From an uncultured archaeon (lineage in GTDB: Archaea > Altiarchaeota > Altiarchaeia > IMC4 > QMZM01), in the NCBI GenBank assembly GCA_964549685.1, contig CAZJVE010000002.1, forward strand, positions 1 to 64,000: DNA of 64,000 bases. The letters are read 5' to 3'. Shown piece after piece: positions 8,538 to 18,637 of the stretch (position 1 is the stretch's first letter; the number at the start of each line of letters is the position of its first letter). The notes beneath the pieces are model-generated. The model was not told where the DNA came from, made no database searches, and saw only the letters and a list, made by a program, of their open reading frames with translations. Both the position numbers and the translations under genes were made by a program.

Positions 8538-10175
8538 TTACATCATCCCCGGCATTCCGCCCATTCCGCCTTCAGGCATCGGGGGCATTCCTCCGCCCTT
8601 CTTCGTGGATGCAATCACATCGTCAATTCGCAAAATCATCACCGTAGCCTCTGAAGCAGATTTTACAGCCTGCGTCTTTATCTTCAGCGGCTCAATGACG
8701 TTCGCCTTCCACATATCGCCTGTCTTAGCGTCCTGCACCATTATTCCGACATCCGTTTTGCCCTTGTCGTGCTCGGACTTCAGCTTAACCAGTGTGTCAA
8801 TTGCGTCCATTCCCGCACTTTCAGCCAAAGTCCTTGGAATTATCTCAACAGCATCGGCAAAACCGCCTATTGCAAGCTGTTCTCTCCCTCCAACTGACTC
8901 GGCGTACTCCCGCAGCTTTCTTGCAAGCTCAACCTCTGGAGCTCCTCCCCCAGCGACTACCTTGCCTATCTCTATTGCTGCTGCGACTCCGCCCAGCGCA
9001 TCATTGACTGCTCTCTCTACCTCATCTACGACGTGCTCTGTCCCGCCTCTAACGAGGAAGCTGACCGCCTTCGGATTCTTGCAGCCTGACACAAAGACCA
9101 TCTCGTCGCCGGATATCTTCCTCTCCTCAACGTCCTTGGCATAACCAAGGTCCTTTGAACTGAGGTCCTTCAGGTTTGTCACTATTGATGCTCCGGTTGC
9201 CTTTGCAAGCTTCTCCATGTCGGACTTCTTTGCCCTCCTTACAGCAAAGATTCCCTTCTTGGAGATGAAGTGCTGTGCCAAATCATCTATGCCCTTCTGG
9301 CAGAAAACCACAGTGGCTCCGCTTGAAACGATGCTGTCGACCATCTCCTTCAGCATGTTCTCCTCCTGGGCAACAAACTTCTGTAGCTGCTCGGGGTCGG
9401 TAATCTGTATCTTTGCGTCTGTTTCGGTCTCCTTAATCTCAATCGCAGCGTCAAGCAGGGCAATCTTCGCATTGGAAACCTTCTTCGGCATTCCTGCATG
9501 CACTCTCTCTTTGTCTATTATTATCCCCTGAATCAGCTCTGAGTCGTTAACGCTGCCGCCTTCCTTCTTCTCGACCTTTACATTGTCCAGGTCGACGGTA
9601 AGCTTACCATCATCTTTCTCGGCAATCTGCGTTATTGCCTTTACTGAAAGGTCTGCCAGCATGTCCTTGGAAATCTCAGCGCCCTTTCCAGTCATTGCCG
9701 TAATCGCTATCTCCCTCAGAAGCTTTTCATCGTCTATGCCTACATCCTTTCCTATCTCATTCAGAATGTCGTCCGCCTTCTTGGCAGCCATCCTGTAGCC
9801 CCTTGCGATTACTGTTGGATGTATGCTCTTGTCGAGAAGCCTCTCAGCAGCGCTAAGGAGCTCGCCTGTAATGACAACAGCAGTAGTCGTACCATCTCCA
9901 ACTTCATCATCTTGCGTCTTCGCTACCTCAACCACCATCTTGGCGGCTGGATGCTCAACATTCATCTCATCAACTATCGTCGCTCCGTCGTTGGTGATTA
10001 CTATATCACCAAGGTCATCCACCAACATCTTATCCATACCTCTCGGTCCAAGGGTTGTCCTAACGCTCTCGGCAACCGCCCTGCCAGCCATTATGTTCTG
10101 GCGCTGGGCGTCTCTCCCGCTGGTCCTCAAAGCACCTTCAGGTAGAATAAATATTGGTTGTCCTCCATTTGCCAT
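8538..10175 (-). CDS. ths: Thermosome subunit (group II chaperonin)
   Basis: [32 protein letters not shown]; GGM-rich tail; T-rich tract downstream. Confidence 0.98.
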   Translation of the reverse strand: MANGGQPIFILPEGALRTSGRDAQRQNIMAGRAVAESVRTTLGPRGMDKMLVDDLGDIVITNDGATIVDEMNVEHPAAKMVVEVAKTQDDEVGDGTTTAVVITGELLSAAERLLDKSIHPTVIARGYRMAAKKADDILNEIGKDVGIDDEKLLREIAITAMTGKGAEISKDMLADLSVKAITQIAEKDDGKLTVDLDNVKVEKKEGGSVNDSELIQGIIIDKERVHAGMPKKVSNAKIALLDAAIEIKETETDAKIQITDPEQLQKFVAQEENMLKEMVDSIVSSGATVVFCQKGIDDLAQHFISKKGIFAVRRAKKSDMEKLAKATGASIVTNLKDLSSKDLGYAKDVEERKISGDEMVFVSGCKNPKAVSFLVRGGTEHVVDEVERAVNDALGGVAAAIEIGKVVAGGGAPEVELARKLREYAESVGGREQLAIGGFADAVEIIPRTLAESAGMDAIDTLVKLKSEHDKGKTDVGIMVQDAKTGDMWKANVIEPLKIKTQAVKSASEATVMILRIDDVIASTKKGGGMPPMPEGGMGGMPGMM

Positions 10176-10208
10176 TTTTACATTTCACCTCTTTTTGTTT
10201 AGTTTAGT

Positions 10209-10727
10209 CTAATCAACGTTTACCTTGACCCCGCTACTCTTAACCCTCCTTAATTTCACCTCAAGGACGCCGTTCTTGTAGCTGGCCTTTGTGGTGTCGG
10301 GCTTCACCCTTGCCGGAAGCCTGAGCTCTTTGTGGTACTTCCTGTCAGGAGTATCGACCCTAATCTGCAGGCTATCCTCGGTAGCAGACAAATCTATGTC
10401 CTTCTTCTCTATTCCTGGCAACTCTGCAATAATGGAAATCTCCTTTTCACCCTCGATAACATCGGTCAGGGGCTCCCTGTCTGTTGAAATCTCTGTCCCT
10501 TCCCCGCCGGAAACATTTCCAAACTCCTCGACATGCGGCTTTCCGTCAGGGCCCACTCTCATGGAAAAGCCATATACGTACGGGCCTTCCTCTCCCAGCC
10601 CTTCAATCGAGGCCTTCCTCATCTCCTCAAACATCTTGCCCATGTTCTTCTCCATCTCCTCAAATTCCCGGTCAAGCTCGTCAAAGATATCATCCCTGAA
10701 CGGCCATCTCTTCTTTGGTGGGGACAT
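10209..10727 (-). CDS. hsp20: Archaeal small heat-shock protein Hsp20
   Basis: [43 protein letters not shown]; likely start MSPPKKRW at 10727. Confidence 0.93.
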   Translation of the reverse strand: MSPPKKRWPFRDDIFDELDREFEEMEKNMGKMFEEMRKASIEGLGEEGPYVYGFSMRVGPDGKPHVEEFGNVSGGEGTEISTDREPLTDVIEGEKEISIIAELPGIEKKDIDLSATEDSLQIRVDTPDRKYHKELRLPARVKPDTTKASYKNGVLEVKLRRVKSSGVKVNVD

Positions 10728-10836
10728 TTTATTGCTTGTGATTTTTAATGGGTTTGGCTGTTTATCGCAAGTAAAAATATTCACATGAGCCTTTAAAAAG
10801 CATCTATTTTATCCTCTGCAAACAATAATATTTAGT

Positions 10837-12045
10837 ATGGAACCGGTATTCGCCCTTACTATCTTCGGCGCCGTAATCCTGATGGGCTTCATAGGACAGT
10901 TCATATTCGAAAAGACCCATATTCCCGACATAATCTGGCTTCTCATGTTCGGCATAATACTTGGTTCTGGGTTTCAGATTCTCTCCCCGACACAGCTATC
11001 GACTGCTGCTCCCGTACTCGCCTCCCTGGCCCTTGCCATAATCCTGTTCGACAGCGGCCTGAACATGAATTTCTACAAGGTCCTGAGGGAATTCCCGAGA
11101 GCAACAATAATGTCCGTCCTGAGCGTGGTCTTTTCCATGCTGTTCATAGCGGCCATTGCAGTATCCGCCATGAACTGGTCCCTGCTGGAAGGACTCCTAC
11201 TGGGAGCAATCGTAGGGGGCTCAAGCTCGGCCATAGTAATCCCCATCGTCAGGGGCATAGACCTCAGGGACAGGATTACTATGATGCTCTCCCTCGAATC
11301 CACACTCACGGACACCCTCTGCATAGTCTTCGGCATAGCAATACTGGAGGTAATGAAGCAGGGCGAATTCAATATCTCCACTACGGCCCACGACATTCTA
11401 TCTGCATTCTCAATTGCCGCTGTTATTGGTGTAATTGTGGGAATCATATGGCTGTTCATCTACGACAAGCTAAAGGACCTGGATTATTCGCACAGGCTGA
11501 ACCTCGCGGCCATCCTCATACTCTTTGCCTTCATAGAGTCTGTCAGGGGGAGTGGGGCCATAGGCGTCCTCTTCTTCGGCATAGTCATCAGCAACGGCAA
11601 GTACATGTCGGAAATTTTCAGGTTCAAGAAGACGCTCGAAATAGACCGTGGAACCAAGACCTTCCAGTCCGACGTGACGTTCTTCGTAAAGACCTTCTTC
11701 TTCGTCTTCCTGGGCATGATTGTGACAATAAGCGACCTGAACACCATACTCCTGGGGGTCGCCATGAGCGTCATTCTCCTGATTGCAAGAATCCCCGCCG
11801 TTCTCCTGAGCACCATGAAGTGCAAATTCGCGGGGTGGGAGAGGGCACTCATGCTGTTCATGTTCCCCCGGGGCCTTGCGGCAGCAGTACTTGCCCAATT
11901 ACCTCTAATCTATGGCCTTGAGAACTACGCGGAATTCTCCAACCTCGCCTTCATAATAATAATCAGCACCATAGTAATCTGCATCATCGGCGTTTCGACG
12001 ATAAGGCCGCCGGAAGAAGAGAAGAAGAAAGAGCCTAAGACCTAG
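10837..12045 (+). CDS. Cation:proton antiporter (CPA1/NhaP-type)
   Basis: About 12 TM segments; ILFDSG, LESTLTD, PRGLAAAVLA. Confidence 0.9.
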   Translation: MEPVFALTIFGAVILMGFIGQFIFEKTHIPDIIWLLMFGIILGSGFQILSPTQLSTAAPVLASLALAIILFDSGLNMNFYKVLREFPRATIMSVLSVVFSMLFIAAIAVSAMNWSLLEGLLLGAIVGGSSSAIVIPIVRGIDLRDRITMMLSLESTLTDTLCIVFGIAILEVMKQGEFNISTTAHDILSAFSIAAVIGVIVGIIWLFIYDKLKDLDYSHRLNLAAILILFAFIESVRGSGAIGVLFFGIVISNGKYMSEIFRFKKTLEIDRGTKTFQSDVTFFVKTFFFVFLGMIVTISDLNTILLGVAMSVILLIARIPAVLLSTMKCKFAGWERALMLFMFPRGLAAAVLAQLPLIYGLENYAEFSNLAFIIIISTIVICIIGVSTIRPPEEEKKKEPKT

Positions 12046-12949
12046 CCAGAATCCTGACGAATTCCTCGACGTCCTTTATCTCGGCCAGCTCATCGGGCTT
12101 CATGATAAGGATGTCCGCGTCCTGCCTCCTGTTGCTGATGCATACCTTATAGCCCCCAATAATCTCCGAGGCCTCGGTGAGCATCTCGACCTTCATCCCT
12201 ATCCTCCTGCCGTCGTCGCTTACGATGCTGAGAATTCTCTTTTCGTGTGAATTCTCAAGCGACAGGATATCGAACGGGGCGTTGGTGGCCTGGCTCGAGA
12301 GACCAAAGTTCCGGAACTCCCTCAGCACGGTCTTCTTGAGCGAGGTGAGGTTCCTCTCCAGAATCCCTCCCGCAACCGGGTGAATCTCCTCCTCAGCAAT
12401 GCTCCCCGGAACCCGTATCTCCTCGTGAAGGAAGTCCATCAGCCTGTTCGCAATATCCAGTGAAATTCTGCCTGAGTTCTCATACCTGTGGATACTCTGC
12501 TTTGAGACGCCCAGTTCTGTCGCCAGCTCCTCCTGCGTAAGGTCCAGCCCCCTCCTAAGCCTGCCCAGCAGCTCCGAGTCTATTCTGACACAATAGTTCC
12601 CCCTCACCGAATGGATGAACGGCATCCGGTCCCTCAGGATGTCCCCGAGAGTCTCGGCGTTTATCACATGGACGTCGTATCTTGAGTATATCACTCCTGT
12701 CGACAGTCCTGCCGACTTCATCCTCTCCCCTATGACGAGCGGCACTGCATTGAGAAGCTCCGCAAGGTTTGCCAACTCCATGGCATTAATCCTCGAGAAG
12801 GCCTCTATATTGCCAAGAACCTTTATCAAAAGAAGTCCCCTCTTCTTTGCCAGTATGTCAAAACAGCTTCTCGTGCCGCTGCAGTCAGAGGTCCTGAAAC
12901 CGGAATCGTGAAGGATTCCCAGCGCCCTTGAGACGAGTTCTGCTTTCAT
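12035..12949 (-). CDS. Archaeal HTH transcriptional regulator (COG1395-like, Xre HTH)
   Basis: RSCFDILAK, IKVLGNIE, LTQEELATELGVSKQSIHRYE, APFDILS. Confidence 0.85.
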   Translation of the reverse strand: MKAELVSRALGILHDSGFRTSDCSGTRSCFDILAKKRGLLLIKVLGNIEAFSRINAMELANLAELLNAVPLVIGERMKSAGLSTGVIYSRYDVHVINAETLGDILRDRMPFIHSVRGNYCVRIDSELLGRLRRGLDLTQEELATELGVSKQSIHRYENSGRISLDIANRLMDFLHEEIRVPGSIAEEEIHPVAGGILERNLTSLKKTVLREFRNFGLSSQATNAPFDILSLENSHEKRILSIVSDDGRRIGMKVEMLTEASEIIGGYKVCISNRRQDADILIMKPDELAEIKDVEEFVRILARS

Positions 12950-14337
12950 CCTTTTATGAATTTCTTATGCAGGGCCCTGACTACCCTGTCGCCGTCCTTC
13001 TCCTCGACTATGAACGAAATATTTACCTCAGAGGAACCCTGCGCTATCATTATTATGTTGACGTCCTCGTCACTGACGGCCTGGAATACCCTGGCTGCAA
13101 TCCCCTTCGCTCCATGCATCCCCACTCCGACGATTGTGATAATACAAACATCCTCCATGAGGTCGATGTTCCTTACTCCGTTGCCAAGGAACCGCTCGTT
13201 CAGCCTCTCCACGGCCTTTGGAACGTCCTTCCTATCTATAACGAACGAAAGGTTGGACTCCGAGGAGCCGGATATCATTATTATGTTGATATTCTCATCC
13301 CCAAGCAGCGTGAACACCTTCCCTGCAATATTCGGGGTCTCGGCCATCCCTATCCCCTTGAGATTGACAATATCCACGTTCCTGTGGACGGCAACCGCCT
13401 TTATCACCGTCTCAATCTTCTTTTGCTCCCTCACTATGAGCGTGCCTTCCGACTCCGGGTTGAAGGTATTCTTAATCCTGACCGGGATGTCCGCATCCAT
13501 GGCTGGGGCTATCATCTTCGAGTGTATCACCTTGGCTCCAAAGTACGCCAAATCCATGGCCTCTACATAGGACAGGGTCTTGATGAGCATCGCCTCGGGC
13601 ACTATCTTCGGGTCTGTGCTAAGAATGCCGTCAACATCAGTCCAAATCTGGACCTCCTCTGCACTGAGGCATCTCCCAAGAAGCGAGGCAGTGTAATCCG
13701 AACCGCCCCTCCCCATGGTCGTTGTGTTGGCATCCTTGTCAGCAGCAATAAAGCCGGCTACGACCGGAACGATTCCATCCTCCACGACAGGACCGACCCT
13801 CTCCTTTACCGAGCTCTCCATCGTGCTATGCAACGGCCTTGCGCAGCCGAAATTCGAGTCCGTCACAATCCCTGCCTCTTGGCCAGTCAGCGCCCTTGCC
13901 TTGACTCCAGAGGCATTCAACGCCCCCGAAACGAGCAGAATCGAGAGCCTCTCGCCGAAGGAAACTACGTAGTCAAGCGACTTCGGGGACAGCTCCTCCA
14001 GGTAGCCGACTCCGAGCAAAGCCACCTTCAGCTCCTCCGCGGTCTTCTCTATCTCCTCCTTGACATCAGCAAGAACCTTCTTATCAGCAATGACCTCCTC
14101 TGCCGTTGAGATGTGCTTCTCCAGAATCTCCTTGTGAAAACTGTTGACCTCATTCTCTACAACGTTTGATGGTAGCTCTATAACCTTGTTAGCAGCAGCA
14201 AGAAGGCTGTTGGTCACCCCCGACATTGCCGAGACTACGACCACCTTCTCTCCGTCTCCTTTCGAGACCAATTCCACTACCCTCTTTATCTCCTTTGGCG
14301 AACCGACAGAGGTCCCGCCGAACTTCATCACTATCAT
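12946..14337 (-). CDS. lysC: Aspartate kinase
   Basis: VMKFGGTSV, VVSAMSGVT, GRGGSDYTA, WTDVDG; two ACT domains. Confidence 0.97.
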   Translation of the reverse strand: MIVMKFGGTSVGSPKEIKRVVELVSKGDGEKVVVVSAMSGVTNSLLAAANKVIELPSNVVENEVNSFHKEILEKHISTAEEVIADKKVLADVKEEIEKTAEELKVALLGVGYLEELSPKSLDYVVSFGERLSILLVSGALNASGVKARALTGQEAGIVTDSNFGCARPLHSTMESSVKERVGPVVEDGIVPVVAGFIAADKDANTTTMGRGGSDYTASLLGRCLSAEEVQIWTDVDGILSTDPKIVPEAMLIKTLSYVEAMDLAYFGAKVIHSKMIAPAMDADIPVRIKNTFNPESEGTLIVREQKKIETVIKAVAVHRNVDIVNLKGIGMAETPNIAGKVFTLLGDENINIIMISGSSESNLSFVIDRKDVPKAVERLNERFLGNGVRNIDLMEDVCIITIVGVGMHGAKGIAARVFQAVSDEDVNIIMIAQGSSEVNISFIVEEKDGDRVVRALHKKFIKG

Positions 14338-14378
14338 CTTAACAATTTAATTATTAGGGGATTACACGTCTATATATT

Positions 14379-17108
14379 ATGAAAGAGGTGGTTGAAGTGC
14401 CGCAGACACATAAAAATCTCATTCCGGTTCTGGCCCTGCTATTACCTCTTCTATTTGTAGGATTCGCCGATGCCGCAGTTTACAATTGCAGCAGTTGTGC
14501 AGACTGCACCGGAAAGATACAGAATGCGTCTGCAGGAGATACCGTGTATCTTGTGGCGAATCTCACTAATTACTCTGGAAGCTGCATTGAATTTGGAGCC
14601 ACTAATATAGAATTTGACTGCCAAGGGTACTTGATTGAGGGCTATTCTGATTACTCTGGAATCCAAATAGGTGTGAAATATATGAGTGGGACAACCAACA
14701 ACACCGTTAAAAACTGCATCATCGTGGGTTTTGGGCGTGGAATCTACATATGGCAATCCCCTTACAACACCCTAATTAATAATACAGTCACAAGCAATGG
14801 CTACGGTTATGGAATCGACCTATGGTATTCCTCTTACAATAACCTCACCAACAACAACGCCTCAAACAACTATGCTGGAATTTATCTTGGTCACTCTGAC
14901 TACAATATCCTAACTAATAACATTGCAAACCTAAACAATGGAGGGGTAGGACTCGGTTCTTCATCCAACAATACTCTAAATTCAAACCAGGTTTGCCATA
15001 ATACAGACTCTGATTTTTATTTTTATATTTATGGTGGCCTAGACAATTCTGGCGATGAAAACACCTGCGACAACCCGGGTGACTGGAACGACGCCACAAC
15101 GACCGGATGTACTTATTCCTGCATCGCAACCACAACGACCACTATCCTAGTGGAAGAATGCTCTCTGGTAGGCGACACCCCGCCCTGCGGCGAGGTCACT
15201 ATGGGGGAAGTAATCGACCTCATAATCCTATGGTCCAACGAACAAGCAGAACTTGGGGATGTGCTGGACCTTATTGATGTATGGGCGAATCCCACCACGA
15301 CGACTTCGACAACCACCACCTCAACCTCGACATCATCGACGACAACAACCTGTCTAGGGGAGGGGGAACAGATTATGTTTGAGCCTTATCAAGTTTATGA
15401 AGTATGTTGTCCGGGTCTTACTTTGATTCGAGATGGTTATCCCTCGGAACGAATAGGTAGAGATGACTATTGCATATATGCTAGCTGTTCTTGTTATATC
15501 TGCACCAAATGCGGCAATGGAATTTGCGAGAATGATACGGGAGAAAACTGGTGCAGCTGTCCCGGGGATTGTCCAGAACCGGAGGAGGTTCCATGCACGA
15601 CAGATGATGAGTGTGGAACGGATAGGTGTTGGATGGATGACAACATATGTTATGAAATGGTATTTCAGTGTTATGAAAACGGCCAATGCTCAGCTATAAC
15701 AACTACTGGTAGTTTTGTTAACTATTCGTGTGTAGGTATTTCGTGTGTTCCTCCAACAACATCAACCTCAACGACAACTACAACATCAACCAGCACAACC
15801 ACGACAACCACAACGAGCACCACCACAACCTCGACGACCAGCACCACCCTGATACCTGCAATGTTCCTGGACAATGCAACGCTGATGGTAAACGACACAA
15901 ACAAAATCGCAGAATCGAACCCGTCTAGCCTGATAGTCATAAACAATACGGGAGTGAACCTGACCTTCGCAGCAACCACGCCCCTGAATATAAGCATCTA
16001 CGAGGACAGTCCGACGGGGACTTTACTCAACGAATTTGCCTGCAGCACGGTTCCATGCGGCGTTTGCAGCGTTCTCCTAACAGAGGGGAACGTAACGGAA
16101 ATATTCGGTTTGGACGGGCTTGATGCGGAAAGACTCTACCTGGAGGCAGCGGCGGGCGCCTCCTCATGGAACCTGCTGAACATAACGCTGGGCGAAGCAA
16201 ACATAACAAAGAGCAAAGACGCGGCACAGCTTAATGTCAGTACCTCCGTGCAAGTAAATGTAACTGCATACGACCAGCCGGTTCCCGGAGTAACCATTGC
16301 GGTCAGGAATTCCACTAATTCCACCATGAATTCCGGCGTAACAGACAGCAACGGTTCCGTCGAGATACTGCTGGCCCCCACAGAGTCGGACACTCTCGGA
16401 ATCTGGCTAAATGATGTGCCGTCTTCAGACCACACCATCAGCGCCACCAATACTCTGTCCGTTGCCTACACACCCGAAGACCCAATATTGGGTCAGCCCA
16501 TACTCCTTTATGTCCGGCCGTATGGTTCCACAACAGACCTGGTTGAAGACTCTTATGTTAACCTAAGGTCGCCGGGCGAGTCCGGATATACTCTATATGC
16601 GGCAGCAAACGGGACATATACTATCCAAACCCCAATAGTGGGCACGTATGCAATATACGCGGTTAAGGATGGCTGGATTGATAGTGGCATTGCCTATATA
16701 ATTTTTGGTGCATCATGCAACATAATGACATCGTGTATAACTACCACATCAACGACCTCGACGACAACGACGATTCCCCAGTTGGCAGTGACCCACACTC
16801 CGTCAGTACCGAACATACTTGAATCGTTGATATTTTATGTAAGGCCATATGGCAACACCACAGCAATAGTTGAAAACTCCCATCTCTATCTAAGGGCGCC
16901 GGCTGAAGCAGCATATTGTCTATATGCTGCACCTGACGGAACCTATACCATAATCTCGCCTGAAGCGGGTGACGAATATGCAGCATATGCAACCAAGGAG
17001 GGGTGGACAGATAGCGATGTTGTGTATACAGTAATCGCCGCTTCATGTGACTGGGAGGGCTGGATAGACAGCGATGTTGCGTATACACTCGGTGCATATG
17101 ACTGCTGA
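14379..17108 (+). CDS. Secreted mosaic surface protein: parallel beta-helix (NosD/CASH-like), dockerin-like helix pair, Cys-rich module, Ig-like repeats, Thr linkers
   Basis: Signal peptide; GIYL..S.YN.LTNN repeats; poly-Thr spacers; duplicated YVRPYG...GW.DS domain. Confidence 0.8.
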   Translation: MKEVVEVPQTHKNLIPVLALLLPLLFVGFADAAVYNCSSCADCTGKIQNASAGDTVYLVANLTNYSGSCIEFGATNIEFDCQGYLIEGYSDYSGIQIGVKYMSGTTNNTVKNCIIVGFGRGIYIWQSPYNTLINNTVTSNGYGYGIDLWYSSYNNLTNNNASNNYAGIYLGHSDYNILTNNIANLNNGGVGLGSSSNNTLNSNQVCHNTDSDFYFYIYGGLDNSGDENTCDNPGDWNDATTTGCTYSCIATTTTTILVEECSLVGDTPPCGEVTMGEVIDLIILWSNEQAELGDVLDLIDVWANPTTTTSTTTTSTSTSSTTTTCLGEGEQIMFEPYQVYEVCCPGLTLIRDGYPSERIGRDDYCIYASCSCYICTKCGNGICENDTGENWCSCPGDCPEPEEVPCTTDDECGTDRCWMDDNICYEMVFQCYENGQCSAITTTGSFVNYSCVGISCVPPTTSTSTTTTTSTSTTTTTTTSTTTTSTTSTTLIPAMFLDNATLMVNDTNKIAESNPSSLIVINNTGVNLTFAATTPLNISIYEDSPTGTLLNEFACSTVPCGVCSVLLTEGNVTEIFGLDGLDAERLYLEAAAGASSWNLLNITLGEANITKSKDAAQLNVSTSVQVNVTAYDQPVPGVTIAVRNSTNSTMNSGVTDSNGSVEILLAPTESDTLGIWLNDVPSSDHTISATNTLSVAYTPEDPILGQPILLYVRPYGSTTDLVEDSYVNLRSPGESGYTLYAAANGTYTIQTPIVGTYAIYAVKDGWIDSGIAYIIFGASCNIMTSCITTTSTTSTTTTIPQLAVTHTPSVPNILESLIFYVRPYGNTTAIVENSHLYLRAPAEAAYCLYAAPDGTYTIISPEAGDEYAAYATKEGWTDSDVVYTVIAASCDWEGWIDSDVAYTLGAYDC

Positions 17109-17127
17109 TAGAAACATGTTCATGCCC

Positions 17128-17143
17128 GGCAGTGACCATAATC
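17128..17143. repeat. Direct-repeat copy of the rnpB 3' end (att-like site)
   Basis: ggcagtgaccata at 17128-17140 is identical to 17866-17878; 15 of 16 match when extended. Confidence 0.7.
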
Positions 17144-17180
17144 GCACATTTTTAACCTCAAAACAAATATCCTTATCGAG

Positions 17181-17492
17181 ATGGACAAACGGAAGATAGC
17201 GGAGGATTTCGCATCGTCGGTCAAGAAGAAGAACCCGCAGATAAGGAAGATTATCCTCTTTGGCTCCGTGGCGAGGAAAGAGGATAAGAAGGGCTCTGAC
17301 ATAGACCTGATGCTAATCTCAGAGGGTGACAGCAGGGAGGTAAAGAAGAGCGTGATGAACGACGTAGTGGAAACCCTGCTGGACAAGTCCGTCTATGTCT
17401 CCGCAAAGGTCGTTTCGCAGAACGAATACGACAGGATCAAAAACACTCACTTCATCTCCGAGATAGAGAACTCAGGTGTTCCGATTGGATGA
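17181..17492 (+). CDS. Minimal nucleotidyltransferase (MNT) antitoxin
   Basis: IILFGSVARKEDKKGSDIDL (GS-x10-DxD). Confidence 0.92.
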   Translation: MDKRKIAEDFASSVKKKNPQIRKIILFGSVARKEDKKGSDIDLMLISEGDSREVKKSVMNDVVETLLDKSVYVSAKVVSQNEYDRIKNTHFISEIENSGVPIG

Positions 17493-17856
17493 AAAAGACC
17501 TGCTGATGGAGAAGGCAAAGGAAAAGCTTGAAGTGGCGAAGGATTTGCTTGAGGAAAAGCATTATTCCGATGCCGTAAGCAGGGCCTACTACTCGATGTT
17601 CTTCGCTGCGAGGGCTCTCCTTTCCATGAAAGACATGTACCCAAAAACGCACAGGGGTGTCATCTCCAAGGTCGCTGAAGAATTTGTGAAAGATAAGAAG
17701 CTAAGCCAGGATGTCTTCAGAGATTTCGCGGCGACGCAGGAGGAGCGAGAAAAGGCAGATTACGGAATAATATCCGATATTTCTAAAGATGATGCAAAAG
17801 ATGCAGTAATGGCGGCCGAAAGATTCATTGGGGCGGCCAAAGAACTTCTTGAATGA
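17476..17856 (+). CDS. HEPN-domain protein (MNT-HEPN pair); start possibly TTG 17485
   Basis: AVSRAYYSMF, PKTHRGVI, REKADY; overlaps the MNT gene. Confidence 0.92.
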   Translation: MFRLDEKDLLMEKAKEKLEVAKDLLEEKHYSDAVSRAYYSMFFAARALLSMKDMYPKTHRGVISKVAEEFVKDKKLSQDVFRDFAATQEEREKADYGIISDISKDDAKDAVMAAERFIGAAKELLE

Positions 17857-17862
17857 ACAGTA

Positions 17863-18139
17863 TCAGGCAGTGACCATAGTCCATCTTCTGTGGGCTTTTA
17901 GAGCGCCTGCGCGAGCAGACTGTAGCCCTGGGGCATTCGTCTGAGCGGCCCGTAGGCCTTTCACCCAAAAGAGCATTCGTTTCACAATCCTGCTGATGTC
18001 TTCCCCCGGAGGGTCATAATTAACCATCAACAGGAATCTCGTCTCTGTGATGCTCCGCTGATTCTCACCAGCCGTTAGCAAGGGGTGGATGGAACTTCCT
18101 CACAGCCCGAAGCTGCGGAGCCCCACGGCCACTACCTGA
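17863..18139 (-). ncRNA. rnpB: RNase P RNA (reduced, type M-like)
   Basis: Minus strand has GAGGAAGUUCCAUC...ACAGAAGAUGGACU (P4), UGGGGC/GCCCCA (P2), CACCC/GGGUG (P5), ACAGAGAC, UGAAAC and AGACGAAU conserved regions; ends pair as P1 (UCAGGUAGUGGCC/GGUCACUGCCUGA). Confidence 0.93.
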
Positions 18140-18162
18140 CATAGATATAAGGGCAGGAAAGG

Positions 18163-18170
18163 TTTAAATA
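18163..18170 (-). promoter_or_regulatory. Putative TATA box of rnpB
   Basis: TATTTAAA on the minus strand, 24-31 nt upstream of the RNA 5' end. Confidence 0.55.
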
Positions 18171-18637
18171 AGGCTCAGGGCGGCTTTTACCGCCTCTTTA
18201 GGCTTCGCCCGGTGGATTCCCTCCGCAACCCTGTCAACAGAATCAGAAATTCCCCCGCTGCCCTCAACGACAACAACGGGCTTCCCGTGGTTCAGCGCCA
18301 GCGCAACCTCCGACAGCGTGCCCACCCCGCCAGAGACTGCGATGACCGCATCGGCACATGAGACGACGATGGAGTTCCTGGCATAGCCCATCCCCGTTGT
18401 TATTATAACATCAATATAAGAATTTGCATCCTCCTTGTCCAGCCCCGGCAGGATTCCCACCGTGGTTCCGCCCGCCTCCTTCGCGCCCCTGCACGCGGCC
18501 TCCATCACTCCCCCGCGGCCGCCGCAGATTAGAACACAGCCCTCCTTCGCAACGTCCCTGCCGATTCCCGCTGCAATATCTCTAACAGTCTCAGATAACT
18601 CGCTGTCACTACCCACCACTGCTATCTGCCTCATCAT
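18164..18637 (-). CDS. TIGR00725/LOG-family Rossmann-fold protein
   Basis: ICGGRGGVMEAACRGAKEAGG, ARNSIVV, GGVGTLSEV. Confidence 0.92.
   Translation of the reverse strand: MMRQIAVVGSDSELSETVRDIAAGIGRDVAKEGCVLICGGRGGVMEAACRGAKEAGGTTVGILPGLDKEDANSYIDVIITTGMGYARNSIVVSCADAVIAVSGGVGTLSEVALALNHGKPVVVVEGSGGISDSVDRVAEGIHRAKPKEAVKAALSLI

Noticed and set aside
8291-8647. 118-aa plus-strand ORF; also considered ribosomal protein L40e for this gap
   Set aside because: The ORF overlaps the thermosome end and crosses a poly-A tract. The minus-strand 51-aa ORF has an SD and a terminator, and it is acidic, unlike the basic L40e.
17863-18081. 72-aa minus-strand ORF
   Set aside because: It lies within the RNase P RNA gene.
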